The notes beneath the pieces were generated by a model. That model was given only the letters and a program-made list of their open reading frames with translations, made no database searches and was not told the origin of the DNA. Made by a program: the position numbers and the translations under genes. Shown here piece after piece: positions 39,301 through 51,351 of a stretch of 64,000 nt of DNA. This stretch comes from Takakia lepidozioides (Eukaryota > Plantae > Bryophyta). The stretch lies in assembly GCA_030704615.1 (NCBI GenBank), contig CM060731.1, forward strand, positions 12,462,001-12,526,000. The letters are read 5' to 3'. The stretch's first letter is position 1; every line of letters begins with the position of its first letter.

Positions 39301-39724
39301 CGGTGTGGATCAAGTAGAGAGATGCACGTGGTGTTCAATTCTTAATAATGACTACGGCAAATCCTTGAGGGCCCTGGATATCTGCCCTCCTAGATCTATT
39401 TGTTGGACTGCTATCCAACAGCGTGTGAATATTGTTGAAGTGACCTTTCGGTTTGACAGTATAAATGAAGGGGGTGGTATATATTCTTGTACAGTAGCTT
39501 ACTGCTCTTGCCCCAATTCTGAAGTGGATGTGATACATATGGCTCTGATTGTGACTGCACTGCTACTCACATTTCTTGGGAATAGGTATGCTGAAGATAT
39601 GGCAAGGAGATATGGCATATTTTTATCAAATGTCCTGAAAATATCGGAATCTCTGGCTTGCAGGTACAGTTTGTCAGCAGCTACAACCTTCATGGCCTGG
39701 AAGCGGTTGCAGGTTAGACGATGA
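36352..39724 (+). CDS. SURF1: Surfeit locus protein 1 (cytochrome c oxidase assembly factor); exons 36352-36481, 36592-36695, 36882-37144, 37465-37624, 38609-38883, 39664-39724
   Basis: TFGLGTWQLFRR, GYYMVTPM, PVLVNRGWVP, FVPPNSP..QWFYVDVPAMA, MPQDHLNYSLTWYSLSAA. All introns are GT-AG and phase-consistent. Mitochondrial-type N-terminus MATRLARL. Confidence 0.95.
37854..38230. repeat. Intronic tandem repeat, 3 copies of ~127-132 bp
   Basis: The unit GATGGCCTCAAAG..ATATCC..GATGAGGATGCCTCTTCCT..TGTGAACCTCCAAG occurs three times in SURF1 intron 4. Confidence 0.85.
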
Positions 39725-40318
39725 CATCTGTAGGACAGGCAATGAAGGTTGTTTAGTTCCGCTTCCAAGGTGGGTCTTAGATGTTGCTTGATATGTGGTC
39801 AGATATAATAAATCATGTTTTGAGGCAGATCAGTTGTTCCACCATCAATGCACTGAACAAAGTTTTTCCTACTTTTGAGGTGAGAGGTTATAATGTTTGG
39901 ACTAAACGACCATGCCATTGTGTATCTTTGTCATTCACAATATGAAAGAATCTATATGTGCAGGTAGGGTCTAGTTTGCATTGGATAGGTTGGCATATTT
40001 ATTGTTGAACAATCCCCAATACATTTCCCATTGCATTTCATTATCCTGTGAAACTTAGTTTAGCTGGTCTCTAGGGAGTGGTGTAGCTAGAAATTACGGC
40101 TTTCAGGAGCACTGCATTACTTTGTAGACTAGTTTTTCCCAAACTGTATCTGGGTATAAACCTCTATGGACTAGATCGTGGTGATATTGATGTAGTGACC
40201 ACGATCTAGTCAACCAACCACAAATGGGCGCTGTGCCTGTAACTTCAAAAGCCATCTTTCCTTGGCAATTGAATGTTCGCAGCATGTCAGCAAGAGTGGG
40301 TCTCTTGCTCTTGATAGC

Positions 40319-42183
40319 TTAGTTCTCTGCAACCATAAGAAGGCTTCTCACAGGCCAAGGAGCAAGCCCATTTGGCTGCCAGATGTTACCCTCGTTGATG
40401 TAGATCCTTTGGATCCAATGGTCGTGTCCATCAAACTTGGGGGTGAAGCTAGTGCGCCCATGGGCCACTCTCCTTTGATTCACCAAACAGACATCTCCTC
40501 CATCCAGCCACAAACCCTCCGTCTCCCCCACAGTTCTTACAACCTCTTTCACTCGCATGTAGGCCGCAACTGCCTCTGGGCTTCCATGTAGAAGTGCGTC
40601 CGGCCTTGTTGGCTCACATTTGAGATAGTTCTCATCTAAAATATTGATTATTGGGTTGCTGTCAGTTCCCTCGATGACCCGCTTGGAAAAGCTAAACGCC
40701 GGTGACGCCCATGTGATTGTCTGTTCCCTCAAGATCTGAATGTCCGATGGATCCAGCTCTGCATAGACGGTCCGCATATCACAGAATAGTGTGCGTCCAA
40801 TGAACCCAAGTGCTTGGGGGAAGCACTGGGGCTTTGCATGGAAAAAATCAACATGGAAGTCGAGAAACTTTTTGCACCCAGTCGTACCCATCTGTTATCA
40901 CAGTCACAGCAGACCATTAGAAAGAGGAAGACAGAATGGAACTTCACAACTCCATGGGAAGCTCAAAGATCTTATGGGACAAGTGAATGTACTCATAGGA
41001 CGTTGTTTGCAGGAGCCTTGCTGCCATTCAGTTTGGGCGGAACAAGAGAGCACAGACACTGCCTTTTTGAGGGGCTCACTCCGGTAGTGCCGGAGTTACC
41101 TTGATATAAACAATGAGTTTGGGCTTTCCAGATATCCTCTAGAAAGCCCTTCTCGCACAAGCATCAAATCTGTTGTGTGTGAGCTGCCCAGGGAAAAGTT
41201 GATGAACAGAAGTGCAGGAACAATGGACCTGAAGGGAGTCATCCTCTGGTGAGAATACCCGGGACAAACGAAAAGAGAAAGAGAAAGAGACAGACAGTGG
41301 AGTTTGGGAGTGGAGTTTGGGACTCGGAGATTTCAAATCTCATCGCCACTTTCTTCACGCATTCCCATCTCTTATGGAGGTCTTGCCTACTAGATCTGCG
41401 ATGATTTGCTTCTCTGGATTGGGGTCAATGGGCCAAGAACGTTTCACTGTCTGACACAACTTTGATGGCATGACCAGGAGAGCAGCACTAGTGTTGGAAA
41501 GTAAATTTCCGGAAAATAGGAATCCATGCCGAGTCGGTCAATGACTGTGGGACTCACCTCATCAACCGTGTCTGGTGTCGTGAACACCTCCCTGACGAGT
41601 AGTCCCATGCCTGGGTTGCCTGCCAGGAAGAAGTCGACGGTAAAAGGCTGACCAACAATTCGCGCAATGCCCACTAGCCACATTTCACTCATGAACTTCC
41701 TTGCTTTTCCTTTTTCCTTGAGCGCACGGGCTTTGATAGGCTGTGTCATACTGTGATAGGCTGTGTCATGTTGTGATGTGTCATGTTGTGATGGGCTGTG
41801 ACAGTTTGGGGTAGATCCCGGTCAATTGGTAAACCTCGGATCAAGAGCACTGGGGGCTGCGATGGGTCATGAATGAATCTTTCAAGCCTAGAAACCACGT
41901 CGGGTGGGAGCCAGCGACGGACGAGGGAGTGCGCTGAGACCACAAACTCTTCGATCTTGTGGTATTCAGTTGTAGTTCCAAGATCATCAGGCCAGGCTGC
42001 AGATTCTGATCGAAAATCAGCCTCGAAACAGTCTGATACAGCTTCAGGCGGGATGGTTACCGATATAACAGTGGGTGGATTCAGCTCGGAGGCACGGCAT
42101 TCCGTATTTGTTTTCTCCTGCAGCTGTAGACTCATTGAAACTGGTTGAAGAATACTTTGCATGTCGGTTTGTCTCGAGGACAT
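40319..42183 (-). pseudogene. Clavaminate synthase-like / TauD-TfdA family Fe(II)/2OG dioxygenase; 2 exons (42183-41558, 40891-40319), disrupted by a 70-bp insertion
   Basis: LLIRGLPIDRDLPQT..SEMWLVGIARIVGQPF; HxD motif (LDFHVD); distal His and Arg in LVNQRRVAHGRTSFTPKFDGHDHWIQRIYI. Intron GTGAGT..AACAG at 41557-40892. Frameshifting insertion at 41734-41803. Confidence 0.8.
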
Positions 42184-43899
42184 GTTTCCAAGAGAGTGAT
42201 GGAGTGGGGTTCGAGCTAAGGTGGAGCAAAGGGGAGAGAAAAGCTTAGGGGCTTGATCAAAACTGCCTGGTGAACAAGAAAGACTAGACTGCACATTATC
42301 TAGACGCAGCGGGCACCTGAGCAGAATCGGGGCTCAAAAGAGCTGCCCACGCCGCCCGCGGGGGCAGGTATGGAATAGCGAACTGGGCCTCATTCCCCTA
42401 GTGTATATTTAGGGGGCGCCTATTTAGCGGATTTTCCCGCAGTGCATTCTCTCGAAATGGAATATATCGTGTGGATTATGCGCCCCGTGTAATGATGCTC
42501 ATCTTTTATTCTCGGGAAAAGAAACGTGGCCAGTTCTTTACGCTGGGGAGGGCCTTGCAGAATCTGCCCCAAAAATTCCTTTACGCCGGGGAACGCGCCC
42601 CCTAGGCCGCTTATGGCTCCTAGTCTAGAGTCACTAGGTATCGGCCTCGCCCTAGTACTAGGAGCCATTTTCCGCCCTAGGGGGCGCGTTCTCTAGTGCA
42701 AAAAGACCATCACTGATTTGGCCTGTAGTAAGTTAGTGTAAAAACAGTTTTGGTAGGCTAGGCGACCTGGGCTTGAATCCTGGTTTGAACCCGGGCCTGG
42801 ACCCCCGGCCACCTGGCTGATGTCCTGGATAGTGGGAACTCTTTTGATTGTCATTGGGAACTATGGGGAACATTTTTAAACGCAGCTGCTTTCTCACTGC
42901 CACCTGGGCTTTTCGGTTAGATACTTAGTATAGATGAAGGGGGTGGTATAACTTCTTGCAGAGTAGCTTACTGCTCTTGCCCCAAATCTGAAGTGGATGT
43001 GATATATACCGTTCCTGGACAACCGGTTAGGCGATAATTAATTCACAATGAAAGTGCCTAACGCGTTTTGGGAATTTTTCAGATTTTGGCCTAATTGCTC
43101 GGAAACTATGGGACCGAAGTGCGTAACGCCTAAAAATTCCAGCAAAAAACTTTCAAGCCATTTCTCATGTTGTTTGTAATAAGAAGAAAATTTCATTGAA
43201 CAAAAATCTATACAAATATATGCATGCGGAAATAACTTCCTACAAATCCCAATCTATTTGCGAGAGCTCCATGTAACCTCCAAAGGCCCCTGCATGGACT
43301 CGACATAAGTCATAATGGAGTATGGATTCATGAGGCGGGGCAGCTAGGTGCAAGCTTTGAGGAGATTTGAGCTGGGCCTGTTGGCATGGGACAAAGGGCC
43401 CATGGGCATTGGGTTTTTATTTTTTATTTTCTTCTTAAGAAAAAATTGTTTTCTCTTCTCATGTGCCTAAATTCAAAAAACTTATAGCATGAAGATGCCT
43501 AATGTGAAGAAATGGTTTGAGAAACAGCGACCAAAGGATGCTGAGTCAAAACAACAATGCAACTGAGAGCAAAAGATGGTAGCAGAGCTGGAGAGGGGGA
43601 GACCATAGTTGCATCCGAGATCTTGAATATCTTGTCGGAGGGGGGGGGGGGGGGGATTTTGATTCAGTGGGTGCATTTCTCTGGGAATATAAGATTTGTT
43701 CCACTATGTTGATCCCTGCATTGTAGATAGCCGTTAGAAAAGATCTGTTCCCTATGTCTCCAAAATCCGAAAGGAGTTGCTTGCCCCTTTTAGATTGTGG
43801 TTGGGGTTGGGCAGCAGCCTCCTGCAATACATCGTGTTGACCATTGATAGCACGTAATTCTGCTTCCAGTTGCAAAATTTTCAAATCTTCCACAGATTA

Positions 43900-44160
43900 C
43901 AAGGGAACCAAAGATCAGCATGTCCGAAAAAATTGATGGGACGAGATCAAGATTTCGCGGTTTTGTTCAACAAGTACGATTGTTTCTATGACTACATCCA
44001 CAACGCTACCTTGATGAAGGTATTCAAGTGGGATTTGTGGGTACCCTTCTATCTGGCATTGCCCTATCTTGGTTTGCACCGCTATTAGAGAAAAATTCGC
44101 GCCTACTATATAATTTTGAAGCGTTCATGTCCGAGTTCACTGCAACGTTTGGAGAAGTTT
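43900..44160 (+). pseudogene. Ty3/gypsy gag fragment
   Basis: PEK.DGTRSRFRGFVQQVRL...VGFVGTLLSGIALSWFAPLLEKNS..FEAFMSEFTATFG. Confidence 0.7.
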
Positions 44161-47100
44161 CCAAGATTAAACAAAGGTTTCTTGATGGAGAAGCTTCCTT
44201 GAACAAATGAGGTATCTTGATGGAGAAGTTTCCTCCAAAAGAAGCTTCCTTAGTAGTTTTTCAAGTTACCCTTGGTAATTTGGTAAACTCTCGGTAACTT
44301 GGTGAATAATGGTAAATCATGGTAGATCATGGTAAATCACGGTAAGTCATGGTAATTTTGGATAACATGGTAACTTGGTAACTTATGGTATTTACTCCTG
44401 GTAAGTTCCTCTGGGCTATGTCTGTGATAGCTGCCTAGTTTGTGCCCATATCACCAAGTATTTCTCAATGCGAAATTCATTGCCGCCACGATATGTTTGG
44501 GGTTTTTGGCTACACTACTGAAGGTTTTGCCTTGCTGAATTGGCGCAAATGTACTGTACAAATGCACCAATCTTTTATACCCGCTTATGGTTTATTCCGT
44601 TTTGAAAACATAAAACTCCTATGACCGAGGTTTAAAAACATAAAACTCCCAGGACCGTGGGTTGTACTCACGCGAGCGTGAGCGTGCTCACAGGATACCA
44701 ACCCCCAGATATTTGACCCTACTTCTTTACGCTGAGTAAGCCCCCGTCCTCGGGCCTTACCCTATTTGTTAAGGATTTTGGGGGCAGATTCTGCCGTTTT
44801 GGAGGCAAATTAGGAAGCAGAAGATCGACGCTCCACGGCGTTGGCGCATTTTGCATTCCTAATCGACTGTTTGACTCTCCTAATCAGCTGTTTGACTTTT
44901 ATTGGCTCATTATGGCCTGCAGCCAATCAGGGCCTCGCAGAATCTGCCCCCAAAAATCCTTTAGGCCAGGGAACGCGCCCCCTAGGGCTCATTATGGCAC
45001 CTAGTTCGTCCCTACGTCTCGGCCTACCCTAGTGACTCACTAGGAGCCATAATGAGCCCTAGGGGGCGCGTTCCCTAGTACAAAAAGACCATCACTGCGG
45101 GCCCAGGTGATTTTGTGTAGTAGTGTAAAAATAACAGTGTTGGGCTTGGCGTTGTAGCCTAGGCCAACCTTCGCACAATGTCCCAAGCTTTTTTTAGGAT
45201 AGTGTCGCGGGCCCGGGTATTTAATACCAAAAGAGCCATACTGGTTTCGGATCTGCAAACTCTTTTTGTATTGAGACATGGTTGGTGGCTTGTCTTAGGG
45301 TCGAACCCTAGGACATACTTATTTTATATAGCCTCTCATTGTTTGATAATTGGGTCTTGAATGCGGGCACGTGCGGTTGTGGCGGGGCCCGCGGGTGGCA
45401 CTCGCGCAGGGTGGGGCAACCCCTACCCGGCGGGGTCAGTCTGCTCGGGTGAGCCGCCCCGGGCCCGAACAGGGAGGGGGAGTGAGTCTGTTGGGCCCAC
45501 AAAACACCTGAAGATATGTAGATATATAACTCGGGTTATAATTATTTCAAGGGTTTGTAGAAAGTAGTGGCTAGTGTGATGGTAAAGAGCAACTTGTGAT
45601 AAACGTGAGGTCTACTGTTCAAGTCTTGGTAGATGACATTGTGGTCGTAATGTATGTTAATAATAAATATATATTTTGTTTGAGGAGGGTCCGGTTGGAG
45701 TTAGGCGCCAGTTGGAGTCTGTCGCCAGTCACTCTGCTCGTCAATCGCCATTCTGCCGGACTGAGTCAGTCCGCTCGCCACTCGCCAGTCAGTCTGCTGG
45801 TTAGTCCGCTCGCCAGTTGGAGTTAGTCTGTTGAGGGTTTGGCCAGTCCGCTAGAAGGTCCGCCGCCGTTAAAGAACTAGGACTTAGAAAAAACTCAGAA
45901 TCTAGACCCGGTGAAAGGGGGGTTGGGTTCATGAGCTCACCCCATGGGCCGTACCGGCGGGGCCCATAGTTGCATTCAAGACCCAATTATTAAGAAATGA
46001 GAGGCTTTTATATATGGTACATAATATAGTATCTACCAGTACGGAATAGCAAAAAGGCCAAGCATGCAATGCTGCCTGGACCTCAGGAAAGATTCCCATG
46101 TCCTGAGGTATATTCCTAGAATATTCCTTAATCTGGGCAAAGATTATGTCCTTTGCCTAGGGATCTTTTAGCCTAGGATAGGCTCCAAAAAGATTCATTA
46201 GGGTCCAGGGCTATTTTCTCGGTATATACGGTTTATATATAAAGTAAGTCCACAACAATTTATTGACAACATCTTGACTATCTAATTATTTATAGAGCTG
46301 CCATAGGGATCTCAAAATTGATGAACATATTCAAAACTAACTACAAGGAGGTTGCAATTCAAGTTTCTAACCAGTAAGTCCACGACAATTTATGCAAGTT
46401 AACAGACTATCAAATTATTTATGGCGATTATGTTATTTGGATGTGAGAGAGCAGCCAAGGACAGCAGCCAAGGAACTAATTTTAATTCTTGCACACAAAA
46501 AAGAATTGAAGTACAAATAGATCATTAATTGCAGTCTTTGGTTCGTTCATAAAGCCAATAGTTCTAAGTTGATAGGGAAAGGTAAATGGCCCTGCAACTA
46601 CTGAGCAAAATGTGTCATTAAAACCCCTTAACCTCACTAAGCCAATTGTCCCAGACCCTAGGCCACTTGTTCCAACAACACTAAGCCAAATGTCCCATAT
46701 CCTAGGCTAAATGTCCTCCAACAACCCTAAGCCAAATGACCCTAGGCACATGTGGTGGAGATACATGTATTTTGTATAATTATACATACTTTTGGAGATA
46801 TATGTACGTATGTTGGCTTAGTGGTAGATGCTAAGCCCATACATTGCATCCCATGATATAAAGCATTTTGGCTTGGGGATAAAAGAATATTTTCTAGTGC
46901 TATGTTAGAATATTCTATGCTTTGGATTTTTGACATGTGGCTTTTGGAATCTTTCCTTAGGATGGGAATCTTTTCCAGTATAGCTCTTTTGGTATTCCGT
47001 ACTGGGCTCCCGTCCTCATGCCTAGGCTCTCTTGTTCCGCGCTCCCTGCCACCTCCGCTCCTCTGATCGCCGCCCTGCCTTCTAGCGAGCTCCCTGCCAC

Positions 47101-48281
47101 GTCACCCCACCATGGAGGGCTGCCACGTCGCTGCCACCTGCCATACCCTAATTAGTACAGTGTATAGCGGAACCAGCCGCCACACGGTGCAGTGATCAGT
47201 GTATGGGAATCCAATGGGTCGCCATACACCAATCATTGCAGTATATGGCGACTGGAACATGCCCTATTCCACATGTTGGATAAAAAACACAAAAATAAAT
47301 CATTTAGCTTAACAAATTTAATAATAATTGTAATAATAATCTATATGAAAAAGTTGAAACCCATTTAGTAATATAGAGACAACATGTTGAATAAAAACAC
47401 AGAAATAAATCATTTAGTTTAATAAATATAATAAATATAATAATAATATCCATATGAAAAAGTTGAAACTGATTTAGTAATATTAAAACACTATCTTATG
47501 TTCCTCATGAACTATGTTTGATACATCTAGAGTACGTACTTGTTAGGTTTAGTTTTTATTTTGTGTTTATGTTGGCTTTAAAAATATAAAATCAACTATG
47601 GTGACTAAATATTATAGAAATATAATAGAAAAAAACATACAAATATTTTAAAAATTGACATTTGATATTACAATCTTTTTCTTCAAATTGTCATCTATAC
47701 ATTTGATTTGGATGAAGTTCATACATATGTAACATAATCTCCATATGAACTCCTTTGTTATTTTGTGTTGTTTAGTTTTTTTCTTCTAAGTGCTTGTCAT
47801 CTCAATGTTGGTTGTTGTCCTAATCCCAAAGCTAAAACCCTATTTTTGTTTTGTTGTATGTTCTTTTGTCTCTTTGTTAGTGTTCTGAATAACTCTTATT
47901 TCCTTCAAAATCTGGGTATTCTTATTTGCATATTCTATGTCGACAGTCTAATCTCATAGCTTAGTCTCATAGCTACAAGCCTCATTTTGCTTTGTCTATT
48001 CCTCTTTGTCTTTGATATATATAGATATACCATTTCATCTCATGCCTTTATCATTTTATCATACAATACCCTTGAACAAATATGTAAGAGAATGTAGGGT
48101 TTATGGTGTAGGGTTTAGAGAATCAATATGGAAGATGACGACTGCAAACGATGCATTTATTTATCTCTCGGACTTTGAGGATGAGCTGGAATATGTCGCA
48201 AGTGTGGAGTACACATATACATGGTGAGCGTCTTTCACCTCTTCTTTTTGATGAAGCATAGTTTTAGCTTTCGGATGTTGA

Positions 48282-49390
48282 CACTACAGGAAAATGGGGG
48301 GGTTTGAGACGTCGCGGCCACACCGCAGCCACGCCCGGTCGTCGTAAGACAGCCCTTTTCGGGCAGGGGAAAAACCCAAATTTGCGACGCCCGGGCGTCG
48401 GAGAAAAAAAAAAAACTACTTTGCAATGCAGAATTAGCACCGTCCGGGGGTCGCAAAGTGCGACGCCCGGACGTCACAATTTAAGGGTAAATTTGAATTT
48501 AGGCGGGAAAATTTGAATTTGAAATTTGAATTTCAAAAACTTGTTGACCATTGACTCCAGTTCTATCTAATGGCGATATGTTCATTGTGCTACATACATC
48601 ATGCAATGCAATGCATACTTGAACCTAAGACCCTCCACATTATAACATTTCTAAGACACCACAAACTAACCAACACACCTTCTATGTTACATCTATGTAT
48701 TACAAAAGCAATCTAAATATATATATACACATATAAAGATTTCCTTCAAGAGCCTTCAAGTTCCTTCTAAGGGGGTCTCTCTTGTGACGCCGGGGAGTTG
48801 CAACCTCCACAGCCTTAGTGCCCAGCCCTAGCCCCAGCCCCAATCCTAGCATCGTCGCCGTTGTTACACCCCCCCACCGCCATACGCCCTAAGCGACGTC
48901 CTTGTGATGACCTAAGCTGACCACAACACCATTGCGACCCCCCTGTGGCGACGCCATTGCGACCCCTTGGCGTCGCAACGTTGGGCGTCCCAGCGCGGGG
49001 CGCCCTCAGCGACGCTTTTGTGAAGTTGAGAGCTGCAAAGTCCAAAAAAAAAAACAAAAACAAAGTCCCACTATGGTGATGCTGTTGCGACGCCCTGGCG
49101 TCGCAGAGGCGCTGGGGCGCCCTTAGTGACGCCAAGGCGTCGCAACGTCCGAAAAAATAAATAAAATAAATTCGACGTTGGGGCGTCGCAAGAAAAAGAA
49201 AACCGTCGAAGCGAGGGCCATCTTGACGCCATGCCACTTTACGAGGGCTGGGCGTCGTAATGGTGGCGCCAGTGGGGGGGGGATTGCGACGCGGGGCCTC
49301 GCAAACAAACACGCGCGGGGCGTGGGGGCGCGGCTTAGTGGTCGCAACGTCATAAAAAATCCCCCCCCCATTCATGCCACTTTGTTGTTT
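48282..49390 (+). mobile_element. CACTA transposon left-end fragment with GCGACGCC subterminal repeats
   Basis: CACTACAGGAAAATGGGGG terminus, same family as 7757. Confidence 0.7.
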
Positions 49391-49469
49391 TGAGAGTGGA
49401 CAGTCAGTGTGACAAAACACACGAATCCGAATTTGACAAGCACAAAAAGGCATATGGAACTTTTCATAT

Positions 49470-50340
49470 TGACAATGATGTGGAACCATGTGCAATGGGT
49501 GACGACCCTTCTCTAGGTACTTTTGGGAATATAGAGATAGAACGTTATCCAAAATTTATTTAATTTTTGCCAACATTTGCACGTATTTGTGAAGTTGATC
49601 CCAATTTTCGATCACCTGCTCATATTCATGGACGTCTTATAGATGCAAATGATCCCATAATTATCCTTGAAAGATGGAAAAATCTTCAATGCAACTACAA
49701 GGTGCATTATTTTGAAGGAGGTACGAGTTTAATTCCGAGAACTGATGCAAAAAATAAGCAAATCTCTTGCTTGAAAAATTAGGTGTCCATCATTGCCGAA
49801 GCTCACATTCAAAATGGTGACAATCACTTACCATTGTATCAAACGATTGCTACGGTAAACAATACTTAGAGCACTGATGGAAGACAATGTGATATTCCAC
49901 CATCATTTGTCAAAAAATGTATTACATCATGTAGGGTATGTAACAAGTCATTTTGAGACGAGGTTTACAATGTTTCCCAAGAGTCTTTGGATACGACACA
50001 TGATAGACGGGCAATAATATCAAAAAAAATGCAATTGCGAGTTTTTTCTTAAGTTATGGTTCGTTTACAAGAAGAAAGAGACAGTGCGAAGACCAATCTT
50101 GAAGAACCAGTCACTATATATGTTCACAATAAGCATAATGGACATCGTCCCGGGTCTGAGGGTGACAAGTTTTTTCTACCGGCGCATCCTAATATGATTG
50201 CTTTTGCAATGGAGAATTTGACTCGAATGGTATCAACTTCAACGGTTGCGCTTGCAAGTACAAGGGAAGACCAAAACATTCAAGCTATGGTTTCCGATTT
50301 AGAACGTGCTACATATTGGTTTTTCCTCATTCCTAAATAA
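49470..50340 (+). pseudogene. Degenerate fragment of a MULE-type transposase N-terminal Zn-finger region
   Basis: C.FF.KV...VTIYVHNKHNGHRPGS motif in ORF 50056-50340, with many stops upstream. Confidence 0.45.
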
Positions 50341-50917
50341 ATGGAGCAATTTCAATTTTTCAAATTTTGGCCTAATTGCTCGGAAACTATGGGATCGAAG
50401 TGCCTAATGCCTAAAAATTCCAGCAAAAAACTCTCAAGCCACTTCTCATGTTGTTTGTAATAAGAAGAAAATTTCATTGACAAAAATCAATACAAATATA
50501 CGCGTCCAAAAATAACTTCCTACAAATCCCAATCTAGCTCCATGTAACTTCCAAAGGCCCCTGCATGGACTCGACATAAGTCATAATGGAGTATGGATTC
50601 ATGAGGCGGGGCCGTCTAGGTGCAAGCTTGGAGGAGATTTGAGCTTGGGCCTTGTTGGCATGGGACAAAGGGGCCATGGGCATTGGGGATTTATTTTTTA
50701 TTTTATTTCTTAGAAAAAAAATGTTTTCTCTTCTCATGTGCCTAATTCAAAAAACTTATAGCATGAAGATGCCTAATGTGAAGAAATGGTTTGAGAAACG
50801 GTCTAAGCAGTCTGTTTGTTTTTTAATAATTATTAGGCACAAAAATGCCTAAACGGTTGTCCCTGGACGGTATGGCTCTGATTGTGACTGCACTGCTAGT
50901 CACATTTCTTGGGATAA

Positions 50918-51351
50918 GAACATCTCCAATGGGGCCCCGCCATCGGGCCCCATCAAGCTGCTTATGGCGTGGAGTTTGGCGGAAGGACGTCCACTGGGGT
51001 CACGTTAAATCCAGCGCCAAGGTGGGCTGGCCACTCTTCAGAAGCCACTTGATGGCTCTAGGTTGCGCCACACCTGCTATTCTTATCCCCAAAAGCAAGA
51101 GCGCGCGTTCTTCATAACTTTGCGCGACGTGCAGACACCAGACTTGCTCCCCATTGCTTGGGCGTGCATGTGCACGCTTGTCGGAGGTTTGGCGAGGTAC
51201 GCAAAAGATGTAAAATATGGCGTACCCCCTACCCTTGGCGTAGGTCCCTCCGCGCCAAATATCGTGTTGGGGGGGACGGTGGGTCATGATCCTGAAACGC
51301 CATGCCAAAATGACGTTGGAAATGACATGACGTACCTGCATTGGGGTGCTC
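50918..51351. mobile_element. PIF/Harbinger (Tourist-like) MITE, 434 bp
   Basis: TAA target duplication (50915-50917, 51352-51354). TIRs GAACATCTCCAATG / CATTGGGGTGCTC. Absent from the paralogous site near 39583. Confidence 0.85.

Larger units (their letters stand above)
43009..50870. mobile_element. Tc1/Mariner-type non-autonomous element (CCGT...ACGG TIRs, TA TSD) enclosing 6.8 kb of unrelated DNA
   Basis: TIRs CCGTTCCTGGACAACCGGTTAGGC / GCCTAAACGGTTGTCCCTGGACGG (20/24 match). TA duplicated at 43007-43008 and 50871-50872. The empty site is visible in the paralogous sequence near 39537. Internal direct repeat 43073-43525 = 50354-50799. Confidence 0.85.
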
